This document shows, one piece after another, positions 56,182-64,000 of a stretch of 64,000 nucleotides of DNA. Within the stretch, counting starts at the first letter, position 1. Each line of letters opens with the position of its first letter. The notes under the pieces are model-generated. The model was not told the DNA's origin. It ran no database searches and worked only from the letters and a program-made list of their open reading frames with translations. The stretch covers positions 9,683-73,682 of the forward strand of contig JAPLLR010000043.1 in assembly GCA_026387455.1 (NCBI GenBank). Direction: 5' to 3'. The position numbers were made by a program, and so were the translations under genes. This DNA comes from Candidatus Omnitrophota bacterium. Its GTDB lineage: Bacteria; Omnitrophota; Gorgyraeia; Gygaellales; Profunditerraquicolaceae.

Positions 56182-56388
56182 ATGATAACCGAAATCGGTA
56201 TTGTTGCAGGAGAGATTTGGCATTATTTGGATCAGCACGGAGAAGTGGCCCTGGTAGTATTGGTAAAAGGCATTGATAAGCCGCGGGATAATGTCTTGAT
56301 GAGCCTGGGTTGGCTGGCCAGGGAAGGGCATGTAATCTTACAGCAGGTTGAAGGCGATTATAGGGTATCATTAAGAAAAGACGGCTGA
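56182..56388 (+). CDS. Small winged-helix protein (DUF2582-like)
   Basis: 68 aa; resembles the DUF2582 wHTH family; SD GGAGGT upstream. Confidence 0.45.
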   Translation: MITEIGIVAGEIWHYLDQHGEVALVVLVKGIDKPRDNVLMSLGWLAREGHVILQQVEGDYRVSLRKDG

Positions 56389-56389
56389 T

Positions 56390-56839
56390 ATGCAGAAAAG
56401 CAATAAAGGTATAGCTTTAATGATAGTCTTGGCGACCATATTAATTGTGGTAATTTTGGCAAGTATCATTTTTGGCTTGGTCCTGAGCCAGTCTCGTTTA
56501 ACTCATCACCAGGTAAGCCGCATTCAGGCCTATTATGCTAATCAGGCGGCGATAAATTTCGCTTTAGAGAATTTAAGAACAAGTGTCTGGACAACAGCTG
56601 ATTGTCCTCCACCGGCAGGTTGTGTCGCTGCTCTGGCCTATAATCCTGCCACTCATCCTGCCACGCAGTTCGTGTTAGATCTAGCTAACGATTTCAGTCC
56701 GCCCAACGTTATTAGTAACGTTACTATCACCATTATCCCTGCTCAATCCATCAATCCGCCGCCTGCAGCATGCTACCGCAATCCTTTAGATACAATAGCC
56801 TGCATTACTTCCACCGCTACTTACACCTACACTCCTTAG
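56390..56839 (+). CDS. Minor pseudopilin-like protein (GspK/PilX-type N-terminus)
   Basis: MQKSNKGIALMIVLATILIVVIL: G at -1 and a hydrophobic helix lacking Glu+5, as in GspK/PilX-type minor pilins; Thr/Pro-rich C-terminus. Confidence 0.5.
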   Translation: MQKSNKGIALMIVLATILIVVILASIIFGLVLSQSRLTHHQVSRIQAYYANQAAINFALENLRTSVWTTADCPPPAGCVAALAYNPATHPATQFVLDLANDFSPPNVISNVTITIIPAQSINPPPAACYRNPLDTIACITSTATYTYTP

Positions 56840-56967
56840 TATTCTACAGTACAAAACCACATTCTAGTTAAGTTTGAGTAAGTTTATTATAATATTGCAT
56901 GTATCCATTTCCGACGGTGATTTTGAATCTAAAGTATGTATGAGTAAGTATATATAAAAAAACACTT

Positions 56968-56996
56968 GACAAAATGTATTCTTTGTGGTTTAATTC
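56968..56996 (+). promoter_or_regulatory. Sigma70-like promoter (TTGACA - 17 nt - TTTAAT) in the AT-rich region upstream of the pil cluster
   Basis: Consensus -35 hexamer and an AT-rich -10 read from the sequence; 205-nt AT-rich intergenic region. Confidence 0.4.
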
Positions 56997-57044
56997 AAAT
57001 CGCAGTAGTTCACAGTAGTTGGTAGTAAAAAAGGAAAGAATTGC

Positions 57045-57245
57045 ATGGCAAAGTTAATGGACATAGATGAATTGGCCGACTATCTTCGCTTAAAGAAGCA
57101 GACTATTTATAATTGGCTGCATCAACGCAAGATTACCGGGATAAAGGTCGGAGGCGTCTGGAGATTTGAGCATAAAGAAGTTGACAATTGGCTCAAAAGC
57201 AAGAGGCGCTTATCCAAGGACCAAAAATCTGGAGATAAACAATGA
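57045..57245 (+). CDS. Excisionase-family (HTH_17 / MerR-superfamily) DNA-binding protein
   Basis: IDELADYLRLKKQTIYNWLHQRKITGIKVGGVWRF; stop overlaps the pilM start (ATGA). Confidence 0.7.
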   Translation: MAKLMDIDELADYLRLKKQTIYNWLHQRKITGIKVGGVWRFEHKEVDNWLKSKRRLSKDQKSGDKQ

Positions 57246-58792
57246 GTTCATTAGGTATCTATTTCGGGCCCAAGGTCATTAGTGTAGTAGAAACCGGCAA
57301 TAAGAAGCTTATCGCTAACACCCAGCTGTTGCAATCGACAGTCGCGACCGGAGAGCTGGGAGAAAAGGTTCCGACCGAGCTTAAGACTATTGAGATTGTA
57401 GCGCTCTTTAAGGATGAGTTGCGCAGAAATAAGATCAATGCCAAAGAGGCTACGCTTAGCCTTTCCGGAAAGGACCTGATCATCCGCAATTTTGATATCC
57501 CTGTCTTGCCGCGTGAGGAGATAGGTAGTGCCATTACTTTTGAGGCGAAGAAGTATATTCCTTTTAAGATGGAAGAACTGGTTTCTGATTATCAGCTAGA
57601 GCTTGATAAGGTCAACAAGAGGAATCAAGTCCTTTTCATGGGTATCAAGAAAGAGGCTCTTGAGCGTTACCTTACTATAACTAGCGAGTTGGGCATCAAG
57701 GTTCTGTCTATAGAGTATTCGGCGTTTAGCCTTATCCGGGCGCTGGGGCTATCGGGTATTAGCGATAAGGGCATTGTCGGTATTGTCTGCGCCGACCTTA
57801 AGGGCGAAGATGAGGTCAACTTTACCGTACTTGAGAATGGTTTTCCGGTTTTTAGCCGGGATATCACCTTAGCCGGCGGGCCCGATGAGTTCAGCCGGGG
57901 TGCTGAGTCGGATGTAGGTATGGCTATGGAAAAGATTAAGACCGAGATCCGCGTGTCTTTAGATTATTACCACCGTAAGTTCCCGGCCAAGAACATCCAG
58001 AAGTTATTCCTTATTTCAAATCCCGAGCATCGTTCTGAGCTGGAGGCTTCAGTAATCGATACTGGCCTTTCAGCGCAGTTTCTCGATCTGTCTAAGTATT
58101 TCGGAAAGCCAGTGCAATTCGATTCTAACTTCGTCAAGGGGTTTACTACGTCCCTTGCACCTGCGATCCGCAGTGGTATCAAGTTAAACCTTTTGGCGGC
58201 TCGCGCGCGTAAACAAGCGGGATCGGCCAAAATCGGACAAGTAGATGTGGCAACGCTTTTTAAAGGGCTAAAAATAAACTCGCTGGTGATTGTGTTGGGG
58301 GTAGCGATATGCGCCGGGGTGATCATTTACGGCCAGACTCAGACCAAGCCCCTGAAGGAAGAATTGGCTCAGGTAATCAGTAAGCAGGTAAAAGTTGCTT
58401 CGGTAAATCCTGGCGCCACTATTGATGAGATGCGCGATGTGGATAAAAAGTTCAAAACCCGCCTTAAGGAACTTGACACGCTGGTAAAAAAGCAGCTTTA
58501 TCTGACCCAGCCGCTTGATGTGATACCGCGGGTGATCCCGGACGGGGTGTGGCTGACTGACTTTACTTTCAAAAAAGATAAGGGCGATGGGGACCTGCAG
58601 CTTAGTGGTTTAGCAGACATGGGTGATGGTGAGAAGGAGTTTGAGGCGGTTAATAAATTCATTGCCAGCCTTAAAGAGAACCCGAACTTCACCAAGTATT
58701 TTACTAATATTAAACTTTTGGTGCTTGATCGTGCAGAGAGTGGAGACGCAGTGAACATGACGGCGTTCTCTATTTCCTGTAAAACTAATTAA
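57242..58792 (+). CDS. pilM: Type IV pilus assembly protein, PilM-PilN fusion
   Basis: Actin-like PilM region (about 330 aa), then a TM helix (LVIVLGVAICAGVII) and a PilN-like periplasmic domain. Confidence 0.75.
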   Translation: MSSLGIYFGPKVISVVETGNKKLIANTQLLQSTVATGELGEKVPTELKTIEIVALFKDELRRNKINAKEATLSLSGKDLIIRNFDIPVLPREEIGSAITFEAKKYIPFKMEELVSDYQLELDKVNKRNQVLFMGIKKEALERYLTITSELGIKVLSIEYSAFSLIRALGLSGISDKGIVGIVCADLKGEDEVNFTVLENGFPVFSRDITLAGGPDEFSRGAESDVGMAMEKIKTEIRVSLDYYHRKFPAKNIQKLFLISNPEHRSELEASVIDTGLSAQFLDLSKYFGKPVQFDSNFVKGFTTSLAPAIRSGIKLNLLAARARKQAGSAKIGQVDVATLFKGLKINSLVIVLGVAICAGVIIYGQTQTKPLKEELAQVISKQVKVASVNPGATIDEMRDVDKKFKTRLKELDTLVKKQLYLTQPLDVIPRVIPDGVWLTDFTFKKDKGDGDLQLSGLADMGDGEKEFEAVNKFIASLKENPNFTKYFTNIKLLVLDRAESGDAVNMTAFSISCKTN

Positions 58793-58805
58793 AGGGATAA
58801 ATACT

Positions 58806-59318
58806 ATGGGATCAGACCAGGCAAATAAAAACAAGAACTTAGTACTGAATCTTATCGTCGTTGTCATTGCCGGCGTTGTCGCTTTTAATCTTTATCAGAA
58901 AAATGAGCAGGCCAAGAAGAAGCTCTCAGGCAATATTAAAGAGGAGCAGGAGAAGTCTCAGGTGCTGGAGGGGATTGACCAGTCAGAGAAGACTATGGCC
59001 GCTTATCGTAAGCTTCTAAGTAAAAAAGACACCAACCTGGTCATGGCGTCAATCACTAATATGGCTAAGGAATTCGGTATCCGGGTGGTCACTGTCAAGC
59101 CGGTGCCGGAGGTAAGATTAAATGAATTCATCAGGACGCCCTTTGTTCTAACAGTAGCTCCTCTTAGTTACCATGCGTTGGGTAAATTCATCAGCGCTAT
59201 AGAGAGCGCTCAGGATGTTTATGTGGTGGATTCGGTTGAGATCAAAACAGGCCAAGAGGGAGAGCCCGGCAAGCTTATGGCTAATGTAACTATCACCTCC
59301 ATAGCGCTGGCAGAATAA
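58806..59318 (+). CDS. pilO: Type IV pilus assembly protein PilO-like
   Basis: N-terminal TM, coiled coil, C-terminal domain; position after pilMN. Confidence 0.6.
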   Translation: MGSDQANKNKNLVLNLIVVVIAGVVAFNLYQKNEQAKKKLSGNIKEEQEKSQVLEGIDQSEKTMAAYRKLLSKKDTNLVMASITNMAKEFGIRVVTVKPVPEVRLNEFIRTPFVLTVAPLSYHALGKFISAIESAQDVYVVDSVEIKTGQEGEPGKLMANVTITSIALAE

Positions 59319-59322
59319 AATT

Positions 59323-59766
59323 ATGAGAATAACTAAATATTGTTTATTGTTTTTGGTGATCCTCCTAAATACGGTTTTTTCTGTGGTTTGTTTTGCGCAG
59401 ATCTTTGAGGGCGCTGATAAAACTGTTTCGGGATCATCGCCGGATCAACTCTTACGGCCTAAGGTCGATTATTCGGCTCAAGGGTTACGCGATCCCTTTA
59501 TGGGTAAAGAGGGAAAGTCCGGGACAGGCGAGGTTTCTAGCCCCGTAGATAAGAAGCCTTTGCCGGCGCTTACGGTGCAAGGGGTCATTTGGGGAGGGAA
59601 TTTTCCGCAGGCGATCATCAATAATAAGGTTTTAAAAGTTGGGGATACGATAGAAGGTGTCAAGATAAAGTCTATTGCCAAGGAAGGCATAATTGTCTTA
59701 TTCGAAGGGTCAGAATCAATTATCTCATCACCGGCTGCTGGATCCGGCGCCGGAACCAGTTCTTAA
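59323..59766 (+). CDS. pilP: PilP-like secreted protein
   Basis: Signal peptide; C-terminal beta-domain pattern VQGVIWGG...NNKVLKVGDTIEGVKIKSIAKEGIIVLFEG. Confidence 0.55.
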   Translation: MRITKYCLLFLVILLNTVFSVVCFAQIFEGADKTVSGSSPDQLLRPKVDYSAQGLRDPFMGKEGKSGTGEVSSPVDKKPLPALTVQGVIWGGNFPQAIINNKVLKVGDTIEGVKIKSIAKEGIIVLFEGSESIISSPAAGSGAGTSS

Positions 59767-59827
59767 CACCCCAATACCCCCAAACTTAATGGATAGTTTG
59801 GGGTGAGCTTGTGCTCAAGGAGGTTAC

Positions 59828-61462
59828 ATGAAATCTTATCTAAGGTCAGGGCTAATTATTTTCTTGCTCGCTATGTTCATGCCTGTATCAAGGTTGTCAG
59901 CCGATGCCTCGCTTCCGCGGCCTGATGTTGAGCCGGCTATCTCTATGGATTTTCAGGACGCTAACCTTAAGGATGTCCTTAAAGTATTTTCTATCCAGTC
60001 GGGAATGAATTTCCTTGCCAATGAAGGTGTTCAAGATAGGAAAGTCACCCTCTATATGGATAAGGTTCCCTTGAGTGAGGCGATGGATAATCTGTTTAAG
60101 GCTAATAATCTTTCCTATAATATGGATCAGCAGGCCAGGATTTTTGTGGTTAAGGATTGGGGAAAGCCGACAGTTGAGACAGTGACCAAGATTTTTTTCC
60201 TTAAGAACGCCTCAGTATCTTCTTCTTCCATAAAGGAAGAAATGAGTGCTGGTCTGACCGGCGGGATAACAGCTGACTTTGATCCGAGTGCCGTATCATC
60301 TTCCACTGCCACCAGCTCAACGTCAGATAGCGGTTCTAGTTCTAGCTCAGGAAAATGGAAGGTAGAGGAGGAGTCAGGGATCACCTATGCCATTAAGAAG
60401 ATCCTTTCTACTAATGGCTCATTGATTGAAGACTACCGCACAAATAGCCTTATTGTCACTGATATCCCTAGCCGCATGGAAGTGATCATGCAGGTCGTGG
60501 CTACGCTGGATATTCCAGTGGCGCAGGTATTGCTGGAAGTAGAGATGCTGGATGTGTCTAAGAACGTAGTGGATCAGCTGGGTGTACAGTGGCCGACGAC
60601 TTTAGCAAGCTTGACTGTTTCCGGTTCCAAGGTGACATCATTTCCTTTTGGGGACAAGATTGGCACAAGCCCTCAAGGCGGGGAAATTGTTCCTGGCCCC
60701 AACCAGTTTGGTGGAGGTTGGGATTTTCCTAGTTGGGGAGCTGCACACTTTGGGCCTTCAATCTTTACCCTTATCGGCAGTACTTTGACTTTTGATTTTC
60801 TGACTACGCAAACCGATACTAAGATCTTGGCGCGTCCGCGGGTAATGACTTTGAATAATGAGACCGCAGAGATAAGGATTGCCGTAAAGGAATCTATTGG
60901 ACAGGACACTTCGACCACTTCAACAGGCGGTACGGGAAATACGACTAGTGCGGCAGAGCGTTATTGGACCGGCGTCATTCTTCGGGTTAGTCCTCAGATC
61001 AATGTGGATGCAGGAGAAATAACGCTTTTTGTTTATCCGAGTGTAGCTACCTCCCAAGTAGGAAATACTATTATTGTGAATGGCGAAACTAATACATACA
61101 GGGATCCAGAAGTAAGAAGCACCAAGCAGACGGTTAAGCTTAAAGACGGAGAGACTATTGTTATCGGTGGTCTGATCCGTAATGATAGCCAGACCGTGGT
61201 CAGCAAGCTTCCTATTCTGGGAGATATTCCTTTTATTGGCGCAGCTTTCAGGCACAAGTCTCAGACCCCCGGCAAAGAGCGCGAGCTGTTGGTGTTTATC
61301 ACACCACATATCATTCGTGACGTAAAGCCTTCTGAAGTTGCGCAGGGGCCTAAACCGATGAGAGCGGCAAGAGCGGTGATGTCTCAGAGAGAACAAGGTG
61401 AGGCTGTTGTAGTGAACAGACAGGCTTCCATCAATAAATATATCAGCAACTACGAGAAATAA
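59828..61462 (+). CDS. pilQ: Type IV pilus / T2SS secretin
   Basis: Signal peptide, N-domains, Ser/Thr-rich linker, secretin core ending KLPILGDIPFIGAAFRHKSQT...ELLVFITPHIIRD. Confidence 0.9.
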   Translation: MKSYLRSGLIIFLLAMFMPVSRLSADASLPRPDVEPAISMDFQDANLKDVLKVFSIQSGMNFLANEGVQDRKVTLYMDKVPLSEAMDNLFKANNLSYNMDQQARIFVVKDWGKPTVETVTKIFFLKNASVSSSSIKEEMSAGLTGGITADFDPSAVSSSTATSSTSDSGSSSSSGKWKVEEESGITYAIKKILSTNGSLIEDYRTNSLIVTDIPSRMEVIMQVVATLDIPVAQVLLEVEMLDVSKNVVDQLGVQWPTTLASLTVSGSKVTSFPFGDKIGTSPQGGEIVPGPNQFGGGWDFPSWGAAHFGPSIFTLIGSTLTFDFLTTQTDTKILARPRVMTLNNETAEIRIAVKESIGQDTSTTSTGGTGNTTSAAERYWTGVILRVSPQINVDAGEITLFVYPSVATSQVGNTIIVNGETNTYRDPEVRSTKQTVKLKDGETIVIGGLIRNDSQTVVSKLPILGDIPFIGAAFRHKSQTPGKERELLVFITPHIIRDVKPSEVAQGPKPMRAARAVMSQREQGEAVVVNRQASINKYISNYEK

Positions 61463-61483
61463 GGCCCTGCGGAAAACTTTCTT

Positions 61484-63202
61484 ATGGCCAAAGAGAAGTA
61501 TCTTAGATTAGGTGAGCTTTTGGTGCAGGAAAGCCTTATCAGCGCGGACCAGCTGGAAAAAGCCATAAGCACGCAGCGGCAGGAGGGTGGCCGCCTCGGT
61601 GAGATCGTGGTGAAGTTGGGGCTGGTGAAAGAAGACCAGCTAGTGGCGGTTCTCGGCCGGCAGCTGAATATCCCATATTTTTCGCTTGGAACCGGGATGC
61701 TTAAGCCCGCCAATGATCAGGGCCTTGAGCGTTTGATCCCGCAGGAATTCGCCATAAAGAATTCAGTTCTTGCGCTGTCCCGTACACTCAAATCCCTTAC
61801 CGTTGCATTAGCAGATCCCCTAGATTTAATCCTCTTAGATAATTTGCGTAAACTTACAGGTTGCGAAGTAAATGCGGTTGTGGCCACTAAGTCTGATATT
61901 GCCAAGGCGGTAGCGGATTTCTACGGCAAGTCCGCTATGCTTAAGGATGCGGTGGATGCCAGCTATGATGTCACTTCCTTTGAGTTCTCTCCCGAGGCGG
62001 ATGTATCCGGCCAGGAGCTAAGCCTGGATAAAATGATCGCCCGCGCGGAAGAGGCGCCGGTAGTAAAATTAGTGGATTTGGTTATTCATCAGGCCATTGA
62101 TGAACGCGCGTCCGATATTCATATCGAGCCGTTTAAGGACAGGATAAACTTACGCTATCGCATAGACGGGAAGCTTTATGAGATCCCCCCGCCGGCAAAG
62201 CATATGCATATGGCAATCATTTCGCGTATTAAGATTCTTTCCAAGTTAGATATAGCTGAAAAGCGCCTTCCTCAGGACGGCGCTTTTATGGTGAAGATGG
62301 AAAATCTTCCCGTAGACATCCGTGTTTCGACAATTCCGACAATTTACGGCGAGAAAGTGGTAATGCGCCTTTTGAATCGCAGTCAGGTAGTGCTGGATTT
62401 AGCTAGAATGGGGTTTGAGCCAAAACAGTTAGAGGATATGCGTAAATCCATCAATGCCCCCTATGGTCTGGTGTTCTTGACTGGGCCCACAGGTAGTGGA
62501 AAGACTACTACGCTTTACGCCATGCTTAATGAGATCAAAAGCCCATCGAAAAATATTATTACTGTCGAAGATCCCGTGGAGTATAAATTGGAGGGGATCA
62601 ATCAGGTTCAGATTAAGCCTGAGATAGGCCTTACTTTTGCAGCGAGCCTGCGCAGCTTTCTGCGTCAGGATCCTGACGTCATGCTGGTAGGCGAGGTGCG
62701 CGATTTAGAGACTGCGCAGATCTGTATCCGCTCAGCGCTTACGGGCCACTTGGTGTTAAGTACTTTACATACAAATGATGCTTCTTCGGCGGTCACCCGT
62801 CTCATGGATATAGGTATCGAGTCTTACATGCTTGCTCCTTCCATAGTATGTGTTGTGGCCCAGCGTCTGCTGCGTAAGATTTGTCCTGAGTGTAAGGAAG
62901 CATACGAGCCTACCCCTGAGCAGCTTAAGCATGTCAAATTGAAGGCAGAATTGATTTATCGGGCCAAAGGCTGCCCAAAGTGTAATCAATTAGGGTACAA
63001 GGGAAGGACTTGTATAGGCGAGGTGATGGTGGTCAATGCCCAGATACAGGAGCTGATCAACCAGAAGGCTTCCTTTCAGAGGATCAGGGAAGTGGCTCGC
63101 GCCGCCGGAATGCAGACATTGTATGAATCAGGATTGCGCAAGGTGGAAGAGGGTATCACTTCTTTAGAAGAAGCGCTTTCCGTTACTATAGGAGCTGAAT
63201 AA
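61484..63202 (+). CDS. pilB: Type IV pilus assembly ATPase (GspE/PilB family) with an N-terminal MshEN c-di-GMP-binding domain
   Basis: Two 24-residue MshEN motifs (RLGELLVQESLISADQLEKAISTQ and RLGEIVVKLGLVKEDQLVAVLGRQ); Walker A GPTGSGKTTT; tetracysteine motif CPEC...CPKC. Confidence 0.92.
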   Translation: MAKEKYLRLGELLVQESLISADQLEKAISTQRQEGGRLGEIVVKLGLVKEDQLVAVLGRQLNIPYFSLGTGMLKPANDQGLERLIPQEFAIKNSVLALSRTLKSLTVALADPLDLILLDNLRKLTGCEVNAVVATKSDIAKAVADFYGKSAMLKDAVDASYDVTSFEFSPEADVSGQELSLDKMIARAEEAPVVKLVDLVIHQAIDERASDIHIEPFKDRINLRYRIDGKLYEIPPPAKHMHMAIISRIKILSKLDIAEKRLPQDGAFMVKMENLPVDIRVSTIPTIYGEKVVMRLLNRSQVVLDLARMGFEPKQLEDMRKSINAPYGLVFLTGPTGSGKTTTLYAMLNEIKSPSKNIITVEDPVEYKLEGINQVQIKPEIGLTFAASLRSFLRQDPDVMLVGEVRDLETAQICIRSALTGHLVLSTLHTNDASSAVTRLMDIGIESYMLAPSIVCVVAQRLLRKICPECKEAYEPTPEQLKHVKLKAELIYRAKGCPKCNQLGYKGRTCIGEVMVVNAQIQELINQKASFQRIREVARAAGMQTLYESGLRKVEEGITSLEEALSVTIGAE

Positions 63203-64000
63203 TGCCAAAATTCTATTATGTTGCTCGTGATAAAAATGGTGATAAACGCAGCGGACTGGAAGATGGCGCAAATCAGGAAGAAGTGATCAGCTCGCTGCAA
63301 TCAAAAGATCTGCTGGTGGTGAGTATCACTACTGACGCAAAAGCTGATCTTTCGGCGTTGAAAGGTGGTACTGCGGTCAAGGCGAAATTAAGGCGCAAGC
63401 ACGGCGGCTGCAACGATGAGGACAAAGTGCTTTTCTGCCGGCAGTTGGGCACATTGCTTGGCGCCGGAGTTACCATTCTTAAGTGTCTTGACATCATAAA
63501 ACAGCAGGTTTCCAGCAGACAGCTCTATGAGGTTTTATCTGACCTACAGAAGAAGATGGAGGCAGGCTTAAGCTTTCATGAGGCAATGTCAAAACATCCG
63601 AAAGTTTTTTCCGAGCTATGGGTGAACCTTGTGGAAAGCGGCGAGGCAAGCGGTAATCTGGCCGTTATTTTAAATCGCCTGGCCGGGTATTTGGAAAGAA
63701 GCGCCGCATTTAAAAGCAAGTTGGTTTCGGCTTTGGTTTATCCTGTGATACTATTTCTTGCAGGCTTTGGCGCGCTGATGTTCTTATCTATCTGGATCAT
63801 TCCTACTTTTGCCAAGGTGTTTGAGGGGTTGAATATCAAATTACCTATAATGACGGTAATGCTTATTGGGTTTAGCGGGTTTCTGCGTAGCTATTTTCTG
63901 GTTATTGCCGGAATTGCGGTTGCCGGTTTCTTTATTTTCCGAAAATATATAAGCACTCGGGGAGGCAAAAGGAATTTTGAAAATTTTCTTTTTGGGCTGC
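63202..64000 (+). CDS. pilC: Type IV pilus / T2SS platform protein (GspF/PilC family), 5' partial, running off the window
   Basis: The ATG overlaps the pilB stop (TAATG). It is not in the ORF track because no stop falls within the window. N-terminal cytoplasmic domain and first TM helices typical of PilC. Confidence 0.8.
   Translation, partial: MPKFYYVARDKNGDKRSGLEDGANQEEVISSLQSKDLLVVSITTDAKADLSALKGGTAVKAKLRRKHGGCNDEDKVLFCRQLGTLLGAGVTILKCLDIIKQQVSSRQLYEVLSDLQKKMEAGLSFHEAMSKHPKVFSELWVNLVESGEASGNLAVILNRLAGYLERSAAFKSKLVSALVYPVILFLAGFGALMFLSIWIIPTFAKVFEGLNIKLPIMTVMLIGFSGFLRSYFLVIAGIAVAGFFIFRKYISTRGGKRNFENFLFGL

Noticed and set aside
57045-57245. Considered that the excisionase-family HTH marks a prophage or integrative element
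   Set aside because: No integrase, att-like repeats, tRNA gene or phage genes nearby; it is operon-fused to pilM, so scored as a regulator instead
1-64000. Scanned for CRISPR arrays, rRNA or tRNA genes, and transposase or IS elements
   Set aside because: No arrays of regularly spaced identical repeats, no tRNA- or rRNA-like sequence recognised, and no transposase-like ORF found. The only repeats are the short palindromic units and leader motifs reported above

Overview
This is a dense bacterial chromosomal window of about 44-45% GC. Almost every credible gene is on the + strand; gpmA at 18716-19498 is the only convincing minus-strand gene. I found no rRNA, tRNA, CRISPR array, transposase or integrase. 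The organism cannot be named from sequence alone; the gene content (Mla, Tol/Exb, secretins, type IV pilus genes) indicates a didermic bacterium.

Gene content in order:
- Small membrane and hypothetical genes, a YgjP-like metallohydrolase, a cupin, a YkgJ Cys-cluster protein, a secreted C45/Ntn-hydrolase-like protein and a nitroreductase.
- An unusual c-di-GMP cluster: a membrane GGDEF cyclase, a 267-aa minimal secretin-like protein, a 1295-aa GGDEF-P-loop-helical-repeat protein, a secreted SagB-type nitroreductase and an ArfB-like RF-1 domain protein carrying GGM in place of GGQ.
- carB without an adjacent carA, a short pyruvate kinase, a GNAT acetyltransferase, YajQ, a B12-radical SAM enzyme, gpmA, rmuC, an M48 peptidase, a PIG-L deacetylase, an MBL-rhodanese fusion and the LemA-DUF3137 pair.
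- An RsbW-like kinase with its STAS antagonist, mlaEFD, a CHASE2-PP2C phosphatase and a K+ channel.
- rplM-rpsI, followed by a roughly 300-nt GC-rich structured intergenic element.
- A long biosynthetic operon, argC-argJ-argB-argD-argF-(pilin-like gene)-argG-argH-lysA-dapF-dapA, then dapB-dapL-folK-panC-nadX-like.
- A small lysine-rich protein with an internal tandem duplication, uvrA, a large TPR protein with exbB/tolQ-exbD/tolR-tonB-like genes, and three small genes.
- A complete type IV pilus / T2SS-like assembly cluster: HTH-pilMN-pilO-pilP-pilQ-pilB-pilC (partial). The PilB ATPase carries two MshEN c-di-GMP-binding motifs.

Most interesting non-coding observations:
- A conserved two-hairpin 5' leader, ending in GCGGAAGGAGGT 5 nt before the ATG, is found in front of carB and lemA with compensatory changes in hairpin 1. 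A third copy in front of dapB is split by a REP-like insertion.
- A dispersed short palindromic repeat family (ATAGGAAGGnCTACCCCTGTGGGG) has copies upstream of mlaD and inside the dapB leader.
- At the window start, a twice-repeated AAAGGAGAAATGAAGTGA element flanks a 38-codon ORF and is followed by a terminator.
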